Assembly (NCBI GenBank): GCA_965215195.1
Contig: CBDCDC010000002.1
Location: forward strand, 1,696,001-1,760,000
Length of the DNA: 64,000 bases
DNA from: Candidatus Latescibacterota bacterium
GTDB lineage: Bacteria > Latescibacterota > UBA2968 > UBA8231
Direction: 5' to 3'
The number at the start of each line of letters is the position of its first letter. Position 1 is the stretch's first letter. The position numbers and the translations under genes are program-made. Positions 1 through 12,536 of this stretch are shown piece by piece. A model generated the notes under the pieces. That model was not told where the DNA came from, ran no database searches, and saw nothing but the letters and a program-made list of their open reading frames with translations.

Positions 1-2457
<2,457 letters not shown>

Positions 2458-2466
2458 GTTTCTGCC

Positions 2467-3234
2467 GTGAGTCGGGTCATCGCCATATCCAACCAAAAAG
2501 GCGGGGTTGGCAAGACTACCACAGCCGTCAACTTGGCGGCCTGTCTCGCCGTGGCCGAGCAAAAGACCCTGCTCATCGACATGGATCCGCAGGCCAACGC
2601 CACTTCTGGCTGCGGCTTTCAGAATAGCGAGGAAGTCGAAACGGCCAATATCTACCACGCGCTGATCGGGCAAAAAGAAACCGCTGAGGTCGCCTATGAG
2701 ACCAAGATATCCTTCCTGTCCTTGGTTCCCTCGCACATCAACCTGACGGGTGCAGAGGTCGAGATGGTCAACATGATCGCCCGCGAGCAGAAGTTGGACG
2801 GCCTGCTCGAACAAGTCCGCGACCAATACGCCTTTATCATTCTCGACTGTCCGCCTTCTTTGGGGCTGTTGACCCTCAACGCCCTGACCGCGGCCGACTC
2901 CGTGATGATACCCATTCAGTGCGAGTACTACGCGTTAGAGGGCCTCGGTCGGCTGCTCAACACCGTGCGCCAGATCCAACGCCACCTCAACCCCAAGCTC
3001 CAGATCGCCGGCGTCCTGCTCACCATGTTCGACGGGCGCTTGAACCTATCGCGCCAAGTATCTTCAGAGGTCAAGTCCTACTTCGGCAACAAGGTTTACA
3101 AGACCACCATCAGTCGCAACGTGCGCCTAGCCGAGGCCCCTAGCCACGGCCAACCCATCGTGCTCTACGACATCTTGTCGCAGGGCTCTCAGGATTACAT
3201 GAGCCTCGCAGGAGAAGTGATCGACCATGGGTAA
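2467..3234 (+). CDS. parA: Chromosome partitioning ATPase ParA/Soj
   Basis: Deviant Walker [35 protein letters not shown]; upstream of parB. Confidence 0.96.
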   Translation: MSRVIAISNQKGGVGKTTTAVNLAACLAVAEQKTLLIDMDPQANATSGCGFQNSEEVETANIYHALIGQKETAEVAYETKISFLSLVPSHINLTGAEVEMVNMIAREQKLDGLLEQVRDQYAFIILDCPPSLGLLTLNALTAADSVMIPIQCEYYALEGLGRLLNTVRQIQRHLNPKLQIAGVLLTMFDGRLNLSRQVSSEVKSYFGNKVYKTTISRNVRLAEAPSHGQPIVLYDILSQGSQDYMSLAGEVIDHG

Positions 3235-4099
3235 GAAGCCGGTCCTCGGCAAGGGCATCGGTGCCCTCATCCCGGAATACGCCGAACCTAGCGGCCAAGG
3301 CGACGCCACGCGCCAAGTCGTCTATCTCAACGTCGATGAGATCGAACCCAACCCCTATCAAGCCCGCACCGAGTTCGGCGAGGAGAGCATCGCCGAACTG
3401 ATGCACTCGATCCAAGAGAAAGGCGTCATCCAGCCTATCGTCGTCAATCGCATCGGCCAGGGCTACCAGATCATCGCCGGCGAGCGCCGCTGGCGAGCCA
3501 CCAAGAAGGCGGGGATCCAAGAAATACCAGCAATCGTCCACGAAATCGAATCCCAGCAAGACTTGATGGAGCTGTCCCTGATCGAGAACATCCAGCGCGA
3601 AAACCTGACCCCAATCGAAGAGGCCGAAGGCTACCGCTCGCTGACCGACAAGTGCTTTCTCACGCAGGAAGAAGTCGCCCGCAAGGTGGGGAAAAACCGC
3701 TCAACCGTGACCAATCTCCTCAGGCTGTTGCAATTGCCGCACGAAGTCCAAGACTTCTTGCGCCGCGGCCAATTGCAAATGGGGCACGCCCGCGCCCTGC
3801 TCGGCCTCGAAGAAGACAAAGACCGGCTCGCGCTGGCCCGCCGAGCGGTCGAAGAAAAAATGGCCGTCCGCGAAGTCGAAAAGGCGGTCGCCAACCAGCG
3901 CGTGGACCGCCATAAAAAGAAGGCACCCAAAGAAGCCCCCAGCGACCCCCACATCCGCGACTACGAGGAGCGGTTGCAGCACCGCTTCGGCACGGCGGTC
4001 AACATCCGTCGCACGGCGAACAAGGGGTCAATCCAGCTCGAATTCTACAACGATGGCGATCTAGAGCGGATACTCGACCTGCTGATCGAAGGCGAATGA
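3227..4099 (+). CDS. parB: Chromosome partitioning protein ParB/Spo0J
   Basis: [10 protein letters not shown]-terminus, [27 protein letters not shown] region; overlaps the parA stop. Confidence 0.96.
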   Translation: MGKKPVLGKGIGALIPEYAEPSGQGDATRQVVYLNVDEIEPNPYQARTEFGEESIAELMHSIQEKGVIQPIVVNRIGQGYQIIAGERRWRATKKAGIQEIPAIVHEIESQQDLMELSLIENIQRENLTPIEEAEGYRSLTDKCFLTQEEVARKVGKNRSTVTNLLRLLQLPHEVQDFLRRGQLQMGHARALLGLEEDKDRLALARRAVEEKMAVREVEKAVANQRVDRHKKKAPKEAPSDPHIRDYEERLQHRFGTAVNIRRTANKGSIQLEFYNDGDLERILDLLIEGE

Positions 4100-5472
4100 A
4101 CCACGGTTGGCCCCGCTTGGCCCCGCTCCTCGCCCTCGGTGCCTGCAGCTTGCTCCACGACGAACTCCCCAACGATCCCCCGACCGTGCATTTGGCGCGG
4201 ATGATCTGTCAGTCGCCGGACACGGCTTCCCTAGATACCCTGATCAACAGCGCGGATGCGGCCTGTCGGATCCAGCGCGGCGGCGAGGTTCGCTTTGAAA
4301 TCCGCGCGGCCGACGAGGACGACGACCCTTTGTTCTACGAGTGGAGAGCACCAGCCGGAGGCAGCCTCCGCGATTTGCAGGCCCAAGAGACCAATGCTTG
4401 GTTTGCCCCCCAAGCCATCGCCGGCCCCAGCGAGCAATTTGTCGTGCAGGTCCTCGTAACCGACCGCAACTGCAGGGCCGTACCCGATCTAGCCGACCGC
4501 CAGCGCTGCGCCGAAGACGCACGGGTGCTGGTCGAAAACTTTCTCGTGGAGGTCGTGCAGCGCGAACCCGCGCTAAAAGTAATAACCGACGCGACCAGCG
4601 CATTTAGCGCACCGCAGCTATTTATCGACGCGCTTGGCACCGATCCAGACGGCGATCGGCTCGAATACCACTGGGAGCCGGTGGCCGGGGACAGCCTCAG
4701 CATTTGGCCAGAGGCCATCCACGACGAGGAAACCGGTCGGCAAATCGGCTCGCGCGTCGTCGTCGTCGCCTTTTTTCCCGGCCGGTACGAACTGCGCGTT
4801 TCCGCAAGCGACGGCCAAGCGAGCACCGAGCGCGAAATTGCCCTCCGCGTTCCAATCGAACCGCCGCTGCCGACTGGCGGCATGGTGCGCCGGACCCTGC
4901 CAACGACCGGCGACGCGTACGAGATCGACGCGTACGAGTATCCCAACGCCAAGGGCGAGCGGCCCCAGTCCGCTTCGTTTTTCCAAGCGGCGCGTCTGTG
5001 CGCGGCCGAGGGCAAGCGCCTGTGCAAACCGAGCGAGTGGCGTGCGGCCTGTCAAGCTGGCCAGATGCGCCGCTTTTCTTCAACCGACGATTTGGCGGCC
5101 TACGACAGCCGCGACCACTTTGGCGTGCGCTTCTGCAACGTGCCGGGTTCGGTTTTTTCCCAATTCAGCCGCGACCCAGCCGCACAACTCGCGCCCTCCG
5201 GCTCGTTTCCCAACTGCGACGCGAGCGGCGTCTTTGACTTGACGGGCAACCTAGACGAGTGGCTCGCCGCTCCCGACGCCGGCGACTTAGCGGTGTACGT
5301 CGCAGCAAGCAGCGCATCTGCGAGCGGCACCTGCGACGGCGCGACCCTTGTAAACACCCTGTCCAGCCGGGGCCAAGACCCGTACAATATAGAGGTCTTA
5401 GCGGAAATCATCGCCGACTCGCCCTTGCAAAGCTACGAGCAGCCCCTCCTTGGCTTCCGCTGCTGCCGTTGA
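4096..5472 (+). CDS. Putative lipoprotein with Ig-like N-terminal region and C-terminal FGE/SUMF1-like domain
   Basis: Lipobox LLALGAC; C-terminal IDAYEYPN, GKRLCKPSEW, GVFDLTGNLDEW, GFRCCR. Confidence 0.75.
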   Translation: MNHGWPRLAPLLALGACSLLHDELPNDPPTVHLARMICQSPDTASLDTLINSADAACRIQRGGEVRFEIRAADEDDDPLFYEWRAPAGGSLRDLQAQETNAWFAPQAIAGPSEQFVVQVLVTDRNCRAVPDLADRQRCAEDARVLVENFLVEVVQREPALKVITDATSAFSAPQLFIDALGTDPDGDRLEYHWEPVAGDSLSIWPEAIHDEETGRQIGSRVVVVAFFPGRYELRVSASDGQASTEREIALRVPIEPPLPTGGMVRRTLPTTGDAYEIDAYEYPNAKGERPQSASFFQAARLCAAEGKRLCKPSEWRAACQAGQMRRFSSTDDLAAYDSRDHFGVRFCNVPGSVFSQFSRDPAAQLAPSGSFPNCDASGVFDLTGNLDEWLAAPDAGDLAVYVAASSASASGTCDGATLVNTLSSRGQDPYNIEVLAEIIADSPLQSYEQPLLGFRCCR

Positions 5473-5477
5473 TAGCT

Positions 5478-6227
5478 ATGGACCAAGAACAACTCCGCCA
5501 CTTGCTAGAACAAGTCGCCACTGGTGACCTAGCGCCGAGCCAAGCCGTAGAGCGGCTTAGGAACCTGCCCTTTGAAAACCTCGGGTTCGCCCACGTCGAT
5601 CACCACCGCGCCCTGCGCACTGGGTTCCCAGAAGTCATTTTCGGCCAAGGCAAAACCTGCGAGCAGGTGCTGGCCATTGCCGAGCGCATAACCGCCCATG
5701 GCGCACAGGTGCTGGTCACCCGCGTCGAAGCGGCCACGGCCCAAGCACTCGTCGAGCGCTTTGACCGCGCCGAGCACGACCCCCTCGCCCGCACGGTCCT
5801 AGTACCAGGGCTCAAACGACCCGCGCCCGAGGGGCTAGTGGCCGTAGTCGCAGCCGGCACCTCGGACTTGCCCGTGGCCCGCGAAGCTGTCGTCACGGCC
5901 CGCGCCATGGGTGCCCAAGTCGAGGAGATTTGCGATGTCGGCGTGGCCGGCCTGCACCGGCTTTTAGCGTACCGCACGCTCTTGCAGCAGGCGCGGGCCA
6001 TCGTCGTGGTCGCCGGCATGGAGGGCGCACTCGCCAGCGTCGTCGGCGGGCTGGTGGACGTTCCGGTCGTGGCCGTGCCGACTAGCGTGGGGTACGGCGC
6101 GAGTTTTCACGGCCTCGCCGCGCTCTTGGCCATGCTCAACTCCTGTGCGGCCGGCGTGGTGGTCGTCAATATCGACAACGGCTTTGGTGCCGGGTACGCG
6201 GCCGCCCAGATCAACCGCCGCTCATGA
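5478..6227 (+). CDS. larB: Nickel-pincer cofactor biosynthesis protein LarB (AIR carboxylase-like)
   Basis: [60 protein letters not shown]. Start placed at ATG 5478. Confidence 0.92.
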   Translation: MDQEQLRHLLEQVATGDLAPSQAVERLRNLPFENLGFAHVDHHRALRTGFPEVIFGQGKTCEQVLAIAERITAHGAQVLVTRVEAATAQALVERFDRAEHDPLARTVLVPGLKRPAPEGLVAVVAAGTSDLPVAREAVVTARAMGAQVEEICDVGVAGLHRLLAYRTLLQQARAIVVVAGMEGALASVVGGLVDVPVVAVPTSVGYGASFHGLAALLAMLNSCAAGVVVVNIDNGFGAGYAAAQINRRS

Positions 6228-6832
6228 TCCACATCGCGGTGCTGGCCGGCGGCCAGAGCCGGCGCATGGGCCGCGACAAGGCCCTCCTGCCGCTAGGCGG
6301 CCAGACCCTGATTGAGCGCGTCCTCGCTGCGGCGCGCCCCCTCGCCTACCCCCGCCTCATCGTCGGTGCCCCCGCCACCTATGCCCACCTCGGGCTGCCC
6401 GTCCTTCCCGATCGCCGCCCCAAGCTCGGGCCGCTGGGCGGTCTGTACACCGCGCTTGACGCAACCGCCGCGCCCGTGCTCCTCCTCGCCTGCGACTTGC
6501 CCTTTCTCACCCCGGGCTTCCTCCGCCACCTCACCGACCAGCGCGGGCCGCAGCAAGCGGTCGTGCCCCACACGGCCGCAGGACTCCAACCGCTCTGCGC
6601 GCTCTACGAGCCGTCCTGCTTGGCGGCCGTAGAAGCGGCCATACAGGCCAATCAGCTCGGCATGCGCCGCCTGCTACACAATCTGAGTTTGGATTTGGTA
6701 CGAGAAAAGGACTGGCGGCCCTACGACGAGCGCGGCCTGCTTTTTGCCAACCTCAACGCGCCCGCAGAGTACGAGCGGGCGCAAGCCGCACTCCTAAAAC
6801 CCGGCATCCACCACGCTCAAGGCCAACAATAG
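6224..6832 (+). CDS. mobA: Molybdenum cofactor guanylyltransferase
   Basis: VLAGGQSRRMGRDKA, GPLGGL, LACDLPF, PLCALY. Confidence 0.9.
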   Translation: MIHIAVLAGGQSRRMGRDKALLPLGGQTLIERVLAAARPLAYPRLIVGAPATYAHLGLPVLPDRRPKLGPLGGLYTALDATAAPVLLLACDLPFLTPGFLRHLTDQRGPQQAVVPHTAAGLQPLCALYEPSCLAAVEAAIQANQLGMRRLLHNLSLDLVREKDWRPYDERGLLFANLNAPAEYERAQAALLKPGIHHAQGQQ

Positions 6833-7660
6833 CGGCAGGTACAGAACCGAAGCCTTGAGCAGCCGCCGCGCACTGGCCACCGAGCGCGACAAGCTAAGCG
6901 CGAGACCAGAGGCGAGAAACAGTGCGCCCAACACCAGCGCCCCGACCAGATAAAACGGCCCGGTGAAGCCCATAAACGAAGGCAGCACTGAAAAGATCAG
7001 CAGCACCAAGTAGCCCACGACCTGCCAGCAGGTGCTGTTCCCATCCGGCTCGACCACGGGCAACATCTTGAAACCGCCGCGCCGATAGTCGTCGCGGAAG
7101 ATCCAAGCAATGGCGTAGAAGTGCGGGTGCTGCCAAGCAAAGAGAATGAGAAAGAGGACCACGGCCCCCGGATCCAGCGCGCCGGTCGCCGCCGTCCAGC
7201 CCCCTACGGGCGGCAGGGCCCCCGGCACGGCCCCCAGCGAAGTGTTGAGCCAATTTTGCCGCTTCATTGGGGTGTACACCACCACGTAGAGAAACGCCGT
7301 GAGCAGTGCCAGAAACGCCGTGAGCAGCCCAGCGGTAAAAAGCAGGAAAAACACGCCGCCCAACACCAGCGCAAACCCCATCGACAGCGCCATGCCCGGC
7401 TTGACGCGCCCGGCCGGCAAGGGCCGATTGCGCGTGCGCTTCATCAACCCATCGACGTCGCGCTCCAGATAGTGGTTGAGCACTGACGAACCGCAGGTGG
7501 TCAGGCCCGTGCCGACCAGCAAGCAGCAGAAAAGCAGGGGCGCGTGAATGCCTTGGCCGCCCCAGAAGAATCCCAAGGCGGCCGTGACCAGCACCAAAAA
7601 GGCAATTCGCGGTTTAGTCAGTTCCCAGTAGTCGCGCCAAGTAGCAGTCATGTTGGGCAT
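6794..7660 (-). CDS. cyoE: Protoheme IX farnesyltransferase (heme O synthase)
   Basis: LTKPRI, NHYLERDVDGLMKRTRNRPLPAG, YTPMKR, WQHPHFYAIA, DDYRRGGFKMLP; multiple TM segments. Confidence 0.95.
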   Translation of the reverse strand: MPNMTATWRDYWELTKPRIAFLVLVTAALGFFWGGQGIHAPLLFCCLLVGTGLTTCGSSVLNHYLERDVDGLMKRTRNRPLPAGRVKPGMALSMGFALVLGGVFFLLFTAGLLTAFLALLTAFLYVVVYTPMKRQNWLNTSLGAVPGALPPVGGWTAATGALDPGAVVLFLILFAWQHPHFYAIAWIFRDDYRRGGFKMLPVVEPDGNSTCWQVVGYLVLLIFSVLPSFMGFTGPFYLVGALVLGALFLASGLALSLSRSVASARRLLKASVLYLPLLLALSVVDAGF

Positions 7661-7675
7661 TTCATAACTAAAATA

Positions 7676-7973
7676 ACGTGAGTTCGGGTTAAGCGGCCTG
7701 CAATCGGCGTGCTTGCTCGCTTCTTAGGGGCGGTTTTTTTGGCTGGTGACAATAGGCAATCAATCCCCCGAGGAGATGGACCCTAAAGTTGACCGGGCGG
7801 CGATGTCGGGTGTGTTCGATCGGCGCGCTGTTTTTGCGTTGATCGATGATGGTTTCGCTAAGCGCCCGTTTGCGCAGCAGGCGTTTATCCGCCTTCGGCA
7901 GGCGTTGATGCTTGGTGGATGCCGACGGCGGTTTAGCCAAAAAGGAGTCCCGCTGCTTAACCCGAACTCACGT
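7676..7973 (-). mobile_element. 298-bp non-autonomous IS982-like element (MITE) carrying only the transposase C-terminus
   Basis: Terminal inverted repeats ACGTGAGTTCGGGTTAAGC at 7676-7694 and 7955-7973 (19/19; 21/22 extended). Internal ORF 7689-7940 (KRALSETIIDQRKN..IEHTRHRRPVNF..LIAYCHQPKKP) resembles the IS982 transposase C-terminus. Confidence 0.85.
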
Positions 7974-8270
7974 CCCTTTTAGCTGCTCCTTCCCTTTCTC
8001 AAAGATCTCGTCGGCCTTTTCCACCAACGCCTCGCCCCACCCCACGACCTCGCTCCCCACCGCTTCGACCCGTTTCCACCAGTCTGAATCGTCGCGCTGG
8101 GTAAAGTACAAGCCGACCAGCAAGACAATCGCGCACACGACCGCGACCTTGATAAACTTGCGCAGCAGGCCGCCCAGCAATACCACCGCCACCACCAGCA
8201 ATAAGGTGGCGATAACCGGGTGCGCCTCCGCATAGGCGACGATCGCTTCTAGGGAAAAATCGTCCAGCAT
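7968..8270 (-). CDS. Small hypothetical membrane protein (2 TM)
   Basis: GGAGG RBS before ATG 8270; two hydrophobic helices; stop codon lies inside the MITE inverted repeat. Confidence 0.75.
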   Translation of the reverse strand: MLDDFSLEAIVAYAEAHPVIATLLLVVAVVLLGGLLRKFIKVAVVCAIVLLVGLYFTQRDDSDWWKRVEAVGSEVVGWGEALVEKADEIFEKGKEQLKGT

Positions 8271-8284
8271 AACCACCTCCTAGA

Positions 8285-9721
8285 TCAGGCCAACGACGCA
8301 AATTCCCATTCCTCCAACCCCACCATCCCTTCCACGGCCACCGGCATTCCCACGCCCAAACCCGCCACTTGCAGCGACCCCACCTCAATTTTTCCCTCCC
8401 GCACATCCAAGGCCACCAACCCGCTGCCCACCTCCCGATAGAGCTGCCCGTGCCTAGCCAAGCAGGCCGCTCGCTCGGCCGCGGTCAAGTGATCCAACCC
8501 CCGCACGTAGTGGTGCCCGTTGCGCTCAACGTGCCCAATCCCCAGCGCCGCCACGTGCGCCAAATCTTGGTGCAGGGGCACCACCGGCAGGTTCATCAGA
8601 TCCTCCCCTGAGAGAAAACAGCCCGCTCGCCGCCGCGCCAACGCCAGATTGGCCAGCGCCTTGACCAGCCCTTTGCACGCCTTGGACGAAACGCCCTCGT
8701 AGCCCAGCGCCAAGGCTTGGCGAAAGGTGTCTAGCGCATCGTCCGACTCGTCGATGAGCAAGGGACGACGCTCGGCCGCGGCCCGGATGCCCGATTCTAA
8801 GGCCGCATCCAAAGCCACGCTCCGCTCTAGGGGCTGCTCAACGTAGAGGATGCGCTCGTACAACCGCGGCTGTGCGGCTGCAATGCCATCGATCAAGCCA
8901 ATGACGGAGTCCATTTCCCGGTATTGCTCGTTGCCGTCGAGCGTGACCTTGTACTCGGCGTCGCGCCCGTCCAACAGCTCGGCAATCGCGGCCAAGCGCT
9001 CCAAGTCGGCCTCCAAATCGCCGTTCACCTTGACCTTGAAGTACGTCAGCCCTTGGCACTCGACGCAATCGGCCAGCGACTGGGGCAACCCGTCGTCCAA
9101 CTGCTCTTCGGGCGCAATATCGCTTGGGACAATCGGATCGGCCAATCCCACCGTGTGCCGCACGTGCAATTGCGCCAGCGGCGCAGCCCCTATCACTTGG
9201 CCGGGCTCCACCCCTTGCAGCTCGGGGTGAATCGCCCCCAGATCCAAGCCGAGGAGATTGGCCTTGAGCAACTCGAAGTAACTCGCGCCCACACCGCATC
9301 CCACCGCGTCAATCAGGGCGCGCTCCATTAGCGTGCTGCCGTGGACGGCCGTCAGCCGGTTCAGGCCGTGCGCGTCGCCAGCGGATATCGTCTGTGCATA
9401 ACCGGCCTGCCAGATGGCAAAAAACGACTTGGGCGATCGCCCTGCATCCAAATACGCCGACCGCGCCGACCGCGCCGACCACAGCAAGTCGGCGACATTG
9501 TCTTGGTAGCTTTTGGCCGGGTCCTTGTCGAACCATTTAGGTGGGAGAATGTCGGCTGCAACGCCTTGTACCGGCGTGCCGTTTTTTAGCGCGCCCTGAG
9601 CCACCACGTGGAGAATCGGCACGGCGGTCAGCACGGCCGCGCCGTATTTGAAGGGCATGCGGGTATGCACATTCCGCATGTAGAACCGCACGTCCTCAAG
9701 CCTTATTTCTGCGGCATTCAC
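8285..9721 (-). CDS. Enolase-superfamily (mandelate racemase-like) protein, paralog 2
   Basis: FKVKV (KxK), TLDGNEQY, YVEQP, IDESD metal ligands, HVERNGHHY; GTGA overlap with the upstream paralog. Confidence 0.8.
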   Translation of the reverse strand: MNAAEIRLEDVRFYMRNVHTRMPFKYGAAVLTAVPILHVVAQGALKNGTPVQGVAADILPPKWFDKDPAKSYQDNVADLLWSARSARSAYLDAGRSPKSFFAIWQAGYAQTISAGDAHGLNRLTAVHGSTLMERALIDAVGCGVGASYFELLKANLLGLDLGAIHPELQGVEPGQVIGAAPLAQLHVRHTVGLADPIVPSDIAPEEQLDDGLPQSLADCVECQGLTYFKVKVNGDLEADLERLAAIAELLDGRDAEYKVTLDGNEQYREMDSVIGLIDGIAAAQPRLYERILYVEQPLERSVALDAALESGIRAAAERRPLLIDESDDALDTFRQALALGYEGVSSKACKGLVKALANLALARRRAGCFLSGEDLMNLPVVPLHQDLAHVAALGIGHVERNGHHYVRGLDHLTAAERAACLARHGQLYREVGSGLVALDVREGKIEVGSLQVAGLGVGMPVAVEGMVGLEEWEFASLA

Positions 9722-11145
9722 GAGAGTTGCACCTCCGCCAGCGGCTGCATGGCCGCGATATCGACCGCGCCGTCAACCCCAAGCCCAGGCCGTTGCAGGG
9801 AGCCGACCGCGATCTGGCCATCGCGGATGTCGACAAAGCCGCTCTGGCCCTCAAAGCGGTACAGATCGCCGTGCCGCTCAAAGCACCACGCCCGCTCAGC
9901 AGCCGACAAGTGGTCCAGCCCCCGCACATAGTGGTGCCCATTGCGCTCGACGTGCCCGATCCCCAACGCCGCTACGTGCGCCAAATCCTGGTGCAGGGAC
10001 ACCACTGGCACCACAGTCAGATCCTCGGCCGAGACAAAACAGGGGCGGCCCGCGGCCGTGCGCTGATAGGCGAGCGCACTGTTGGCCAGCGCCTTGACCA
10101 AACCCTTGCAACTCTTGGACGAGACGCCACTGTACCCCAAGTCCAACGCGCGGCGGAAGGAATCCAAGGATTCGTCTGACTCGTCGATCAGCAGGGGGCG
10201 TTTCGCCGCCAAAATCCCGAGATCTTTCTTTAGCGCGGGATCGAGGGAAAGGGCGCGGTCCATGGGCTGTTCGACGTAGAGAATGCAGTGGTAAAACGCC
10301 CCCAATTCCCTTTCAACTCGCTCCAACAAGGCCAGCAAATCGGCCGCGTTGCCGTACTGTTCGTTGCCGTCGAGCGTGACGTGGTACTCCGCGCCGCTCT
10401 CGTCCAACAGCGAGGCAATCTCGGCTAAGCGGTCGAAGTCGTCCGCCGGATCGCCGCCGATCTTGATCTTGAAATAGCGCAGGCCCTGGGCCTGAATGCA
10501 CTCCTCCAAGGACTGGGGCAATCCGTCGTTCAACCGCTCCTCGGGCGCAATTGCGGCCGTGCGGATGGGATCGACCAAGCCGACCGTATGGCGGATGTAC
10601 AGCGAGCGCACCGGCACCGCCGGTAGTACCGCCGCAAGGTCCAGCCCCGCTAGCTGCGGGTGAATCCTCTCCAGCGCCAATCCGAGGACATTGTCCTGCA
10701 ACAGCGCAAAATAGGGCTGCCCCAGCGCGACCCCCAAGCCGTCGATGAGTGCCCGTTCCATCAGGGCCGCGCCGTTGGACGCCAGCAGGTCGTTTGCGCC
10801 CCGCGCCCGACCCCACGCCCGACCAGCCTCGTAGCCCGCCTCCCAGATTGCGAATGGGGTCGCGCCGGCCCGACCCGACTCCCGATACGCGGTGGCGGCC
10901 GCTCGCGCTCCATCCACCAAGTCCCGGATGCCCTCGGCCATTGACTTGCTTGGGTCTTTGTCGAACCACCTAGGCGACAGCATGTCCGCGGACCAGCCCC
11001 GCGCCTGCTGGCCATTGCCCAGCTCTAGGTCCATGGCCACGTGCAGCGCGGTCAGGCTATCGGCGACCACGTTGCCGAACTTAAACGGCATGCGCATCCG
11101 CATCTCGCGCACGTAAAATTCGATGTTTTTAATCGCCACTAACAT
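9718..11145 (-). CDS. Enolase-superfamily (mandelate racemase-like) protein, paralog 1
   Basis: Same motifs (FKIKI, TLDGNEQY, YVEQP, IDESD, HVERNGHHY). Alternative TTG start at 11154 overlaps the argH stop. Confidence 0.8.
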   Translation of the reverse strand: MLVAIKNIEFYVREMRMRMPFKFGNVVADSLTALHVAMDLELGNGQQARGWSADMLSPRWFDKDPSKSMAEGIRDLVDGARAAATAYRESGRAGATPFAIWEAGYEAGRAWGRARGANDLLASNGAALMERALIDGLGVALGQPYFALLQDNVLGLALERIHPQLAGLDLAAVLPAVPVRSLYIRHTVGLVDPIRTAAIAPEERLNDGLPQSLEECIQAQGLRYFKIKIGGDPADDFDRLAEIASLLDESGAEYHVTLDGNEQYGNAADLLALLERVERELGAFYHCILYVEQPMDRALSLDPALKKDLGILAAKRPLLIDESDESLDSFRRALDLGYSGVSSKSCKGLVKALANSALAYQRTAAGRPCFVSAEDLTVVPVVSLHQDLAHVAALGIGHVERNGHHYVRGLDHLSAAERAWCFERHGDLYRFEGQSGFVDIRDGQIAVGSLQRPGLGVDGAVDIAAMQPLAEVQLS

Positions 11146-11150
11146 GCAGC

Positions 11151-12536
11151 TCAACTCGCGGCCAAGACCCGCCGCGCCTTATCCATCTGTTCGGCCACGG
11201 CCTGCGGGCCGGTGCCGCCCTCTATGTTGCGGCGCGCCAAGCTGTGGCGCACGTCGAGCAAGCCGAGCGCGTCCTCGCCAAAATCCGCGCTGTACGCACG
11301 CAGATCGTCCAAGCCGAGGTCGGTGAGCGCACGGCCTTGCTCCAGCGAAGCCCGCACCAAGCGGCCAACCGCGCGATGGGCCTCGCGGAAAGGCACGCCG
11401 CGGCCCACCAAATAGTCGGCCAAATCCGTTGCCAAAGCCGTGGAATCCACCGCGGACTCCATCCGCTCGGCGCGCACCTCCATGCTCTCCCAAGCACCGG
11501 CAAAAACCGCTAGGCAAATGGCCGACGTTTCCAGCGCATCGAAGAGCGGCTCCTTGTCTTCCTGCAAATCCTTGGCATACGTCAACGGCACGGCCTTCAT
11601 GGTCGTCAGCAACGCCATCAAACTGCCGTACACCCGGCCGGTCTTGCCGCGCACCAGCTCCAGCGCGTCCGGGTTTTTCTTTTGCGGCATCATGCTAGAG
11701 CCGGTGGCAAAGTGATCGTCGAGCTCGACAAAGCCAAACTCGGCCGACGACCAGACGATCAAATCCTCGCAGAAGCGGCTCAAGTGCATCATTAAGATCG
11801 CCAGTGCGGATAGGGTCTCTAGCAGAAAATCGCGGTCGCTGACCGCGTCGAGGCTGTTGGGGGTCACCTGCGAGAACCCAAGTTCGCGGGCGAGGAAGGC
11901 CCGGTCGAGCGGAAACGCGCTCCCGGCCAAGGCCCCGGAACCCAACGGCAGAAAGTCGGCCCGCCGCCAAGCATCCCCCAACCGCCCGCGGTCGCGCTCC
12001 AACATCCAAAACAGCGACAGCGCGTAGTGGGAGAAAAGCACGGGTTGCGCCTGTTGTAAGTGCGTATAGCCGGGCAGGACCACGCGACTGTGCCGCTCGC
12101 CCGATGCCAGCAGCACGCCTTGCAGGTGGCGAATCTGAGCTTGGAGCGACGCAATCGCGCCCCGCAGGTAGAGCCGCTCATCTAAGTTGACTTGGTCGTT
12201 GCGGCTGCGCCCGGTGTGCAGCTTGCCCCCGGCCGGGCCGATCAGCTCGGTCAGCCGCTGCTCCACCGCCATGTGGATGTCTTCAAGCGCGTCCGGGAGC
12301 GCGCAGTCCGGGGCTGAAAATTCTTTCTGCACCTGCTTTAGCCCCGCTTCGATCTGCTCCAGCTCCCCCGCATTGAGGACGCCGGCCCGCCGCAGGGCGC
12401 GGGCGTAGGCCACGCTGCCTGCAATATCGGCCTCTAACAGCTTGCGGTCGAAGCCAATAGAGGCGTTGAAGCGCTCCATCAACTCGGCCGGCGCGGACTG
12501 AAACCGCCCGCCCCAAGGCGTTTGCACCGCGGCCAT
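11151..12536 (-). CDS. argH: Argininosuccinate lyase
   Basis: WGGRF, LHTGRSRNDQV, PGYTHLQQAQP, TGSSMMPQKKNPD, DLQEDKE. Confidence 0.97.
   Translation of the reverse strand: MAAVQTPWGGRFQSAPAELMERFNASIGFDRKLLEADIAGSVAYARALRRAGVLNAGELEQIEAGLKQVQKEFSAPDCALPDALEDIHMAVEQRLTELIGPAGGKLHTGRSRNDQVNLDERLYLRGAIASLQAQIRHLQGVLLASGERHSRVVLPGYTHLQQAQPVLFSHYALSLFWMLERDRGRLGDAWRRADFLPLGSGALAGSAFPLDRAFLARELGFSQVTPNSLDAVSDRDFLLETLSALAILMMHLSRFCEDLIVWSSAEFGFVELDDHFATGSSMMPQKKNPDALELVRGKTGRVYGSLMALLTTMKAVPLTYAKDLQEDKEPLFDALETSAICLAVFAGAWESMEVRAERMESAVDSTALATDLADYLVGRGVPFREAHRAVGRLVRASLEQGRALTDLGLDDLRAYSADFGEDALGLLDVRHSLARRNIEGGTGPQAVAEQMDKARRVLAAS

Noticed and set aside
2467-4099. parAB as a plasmid or prophage marker
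   Set aside because: Chromosomal Soj/Spo0J type among housekeeping genes; no rep or phage genes, and no parS palindrome noticed.
5259-5477. Long N-terminal extensions in the ORF track (larB, argD, cdaA, folK, rluD, ileS, 32890, 36508, 62983)
   Set aside because: Most overlap neighbouring genes; downstream starts with an RBS or stop-start coupling fit family lengths better.
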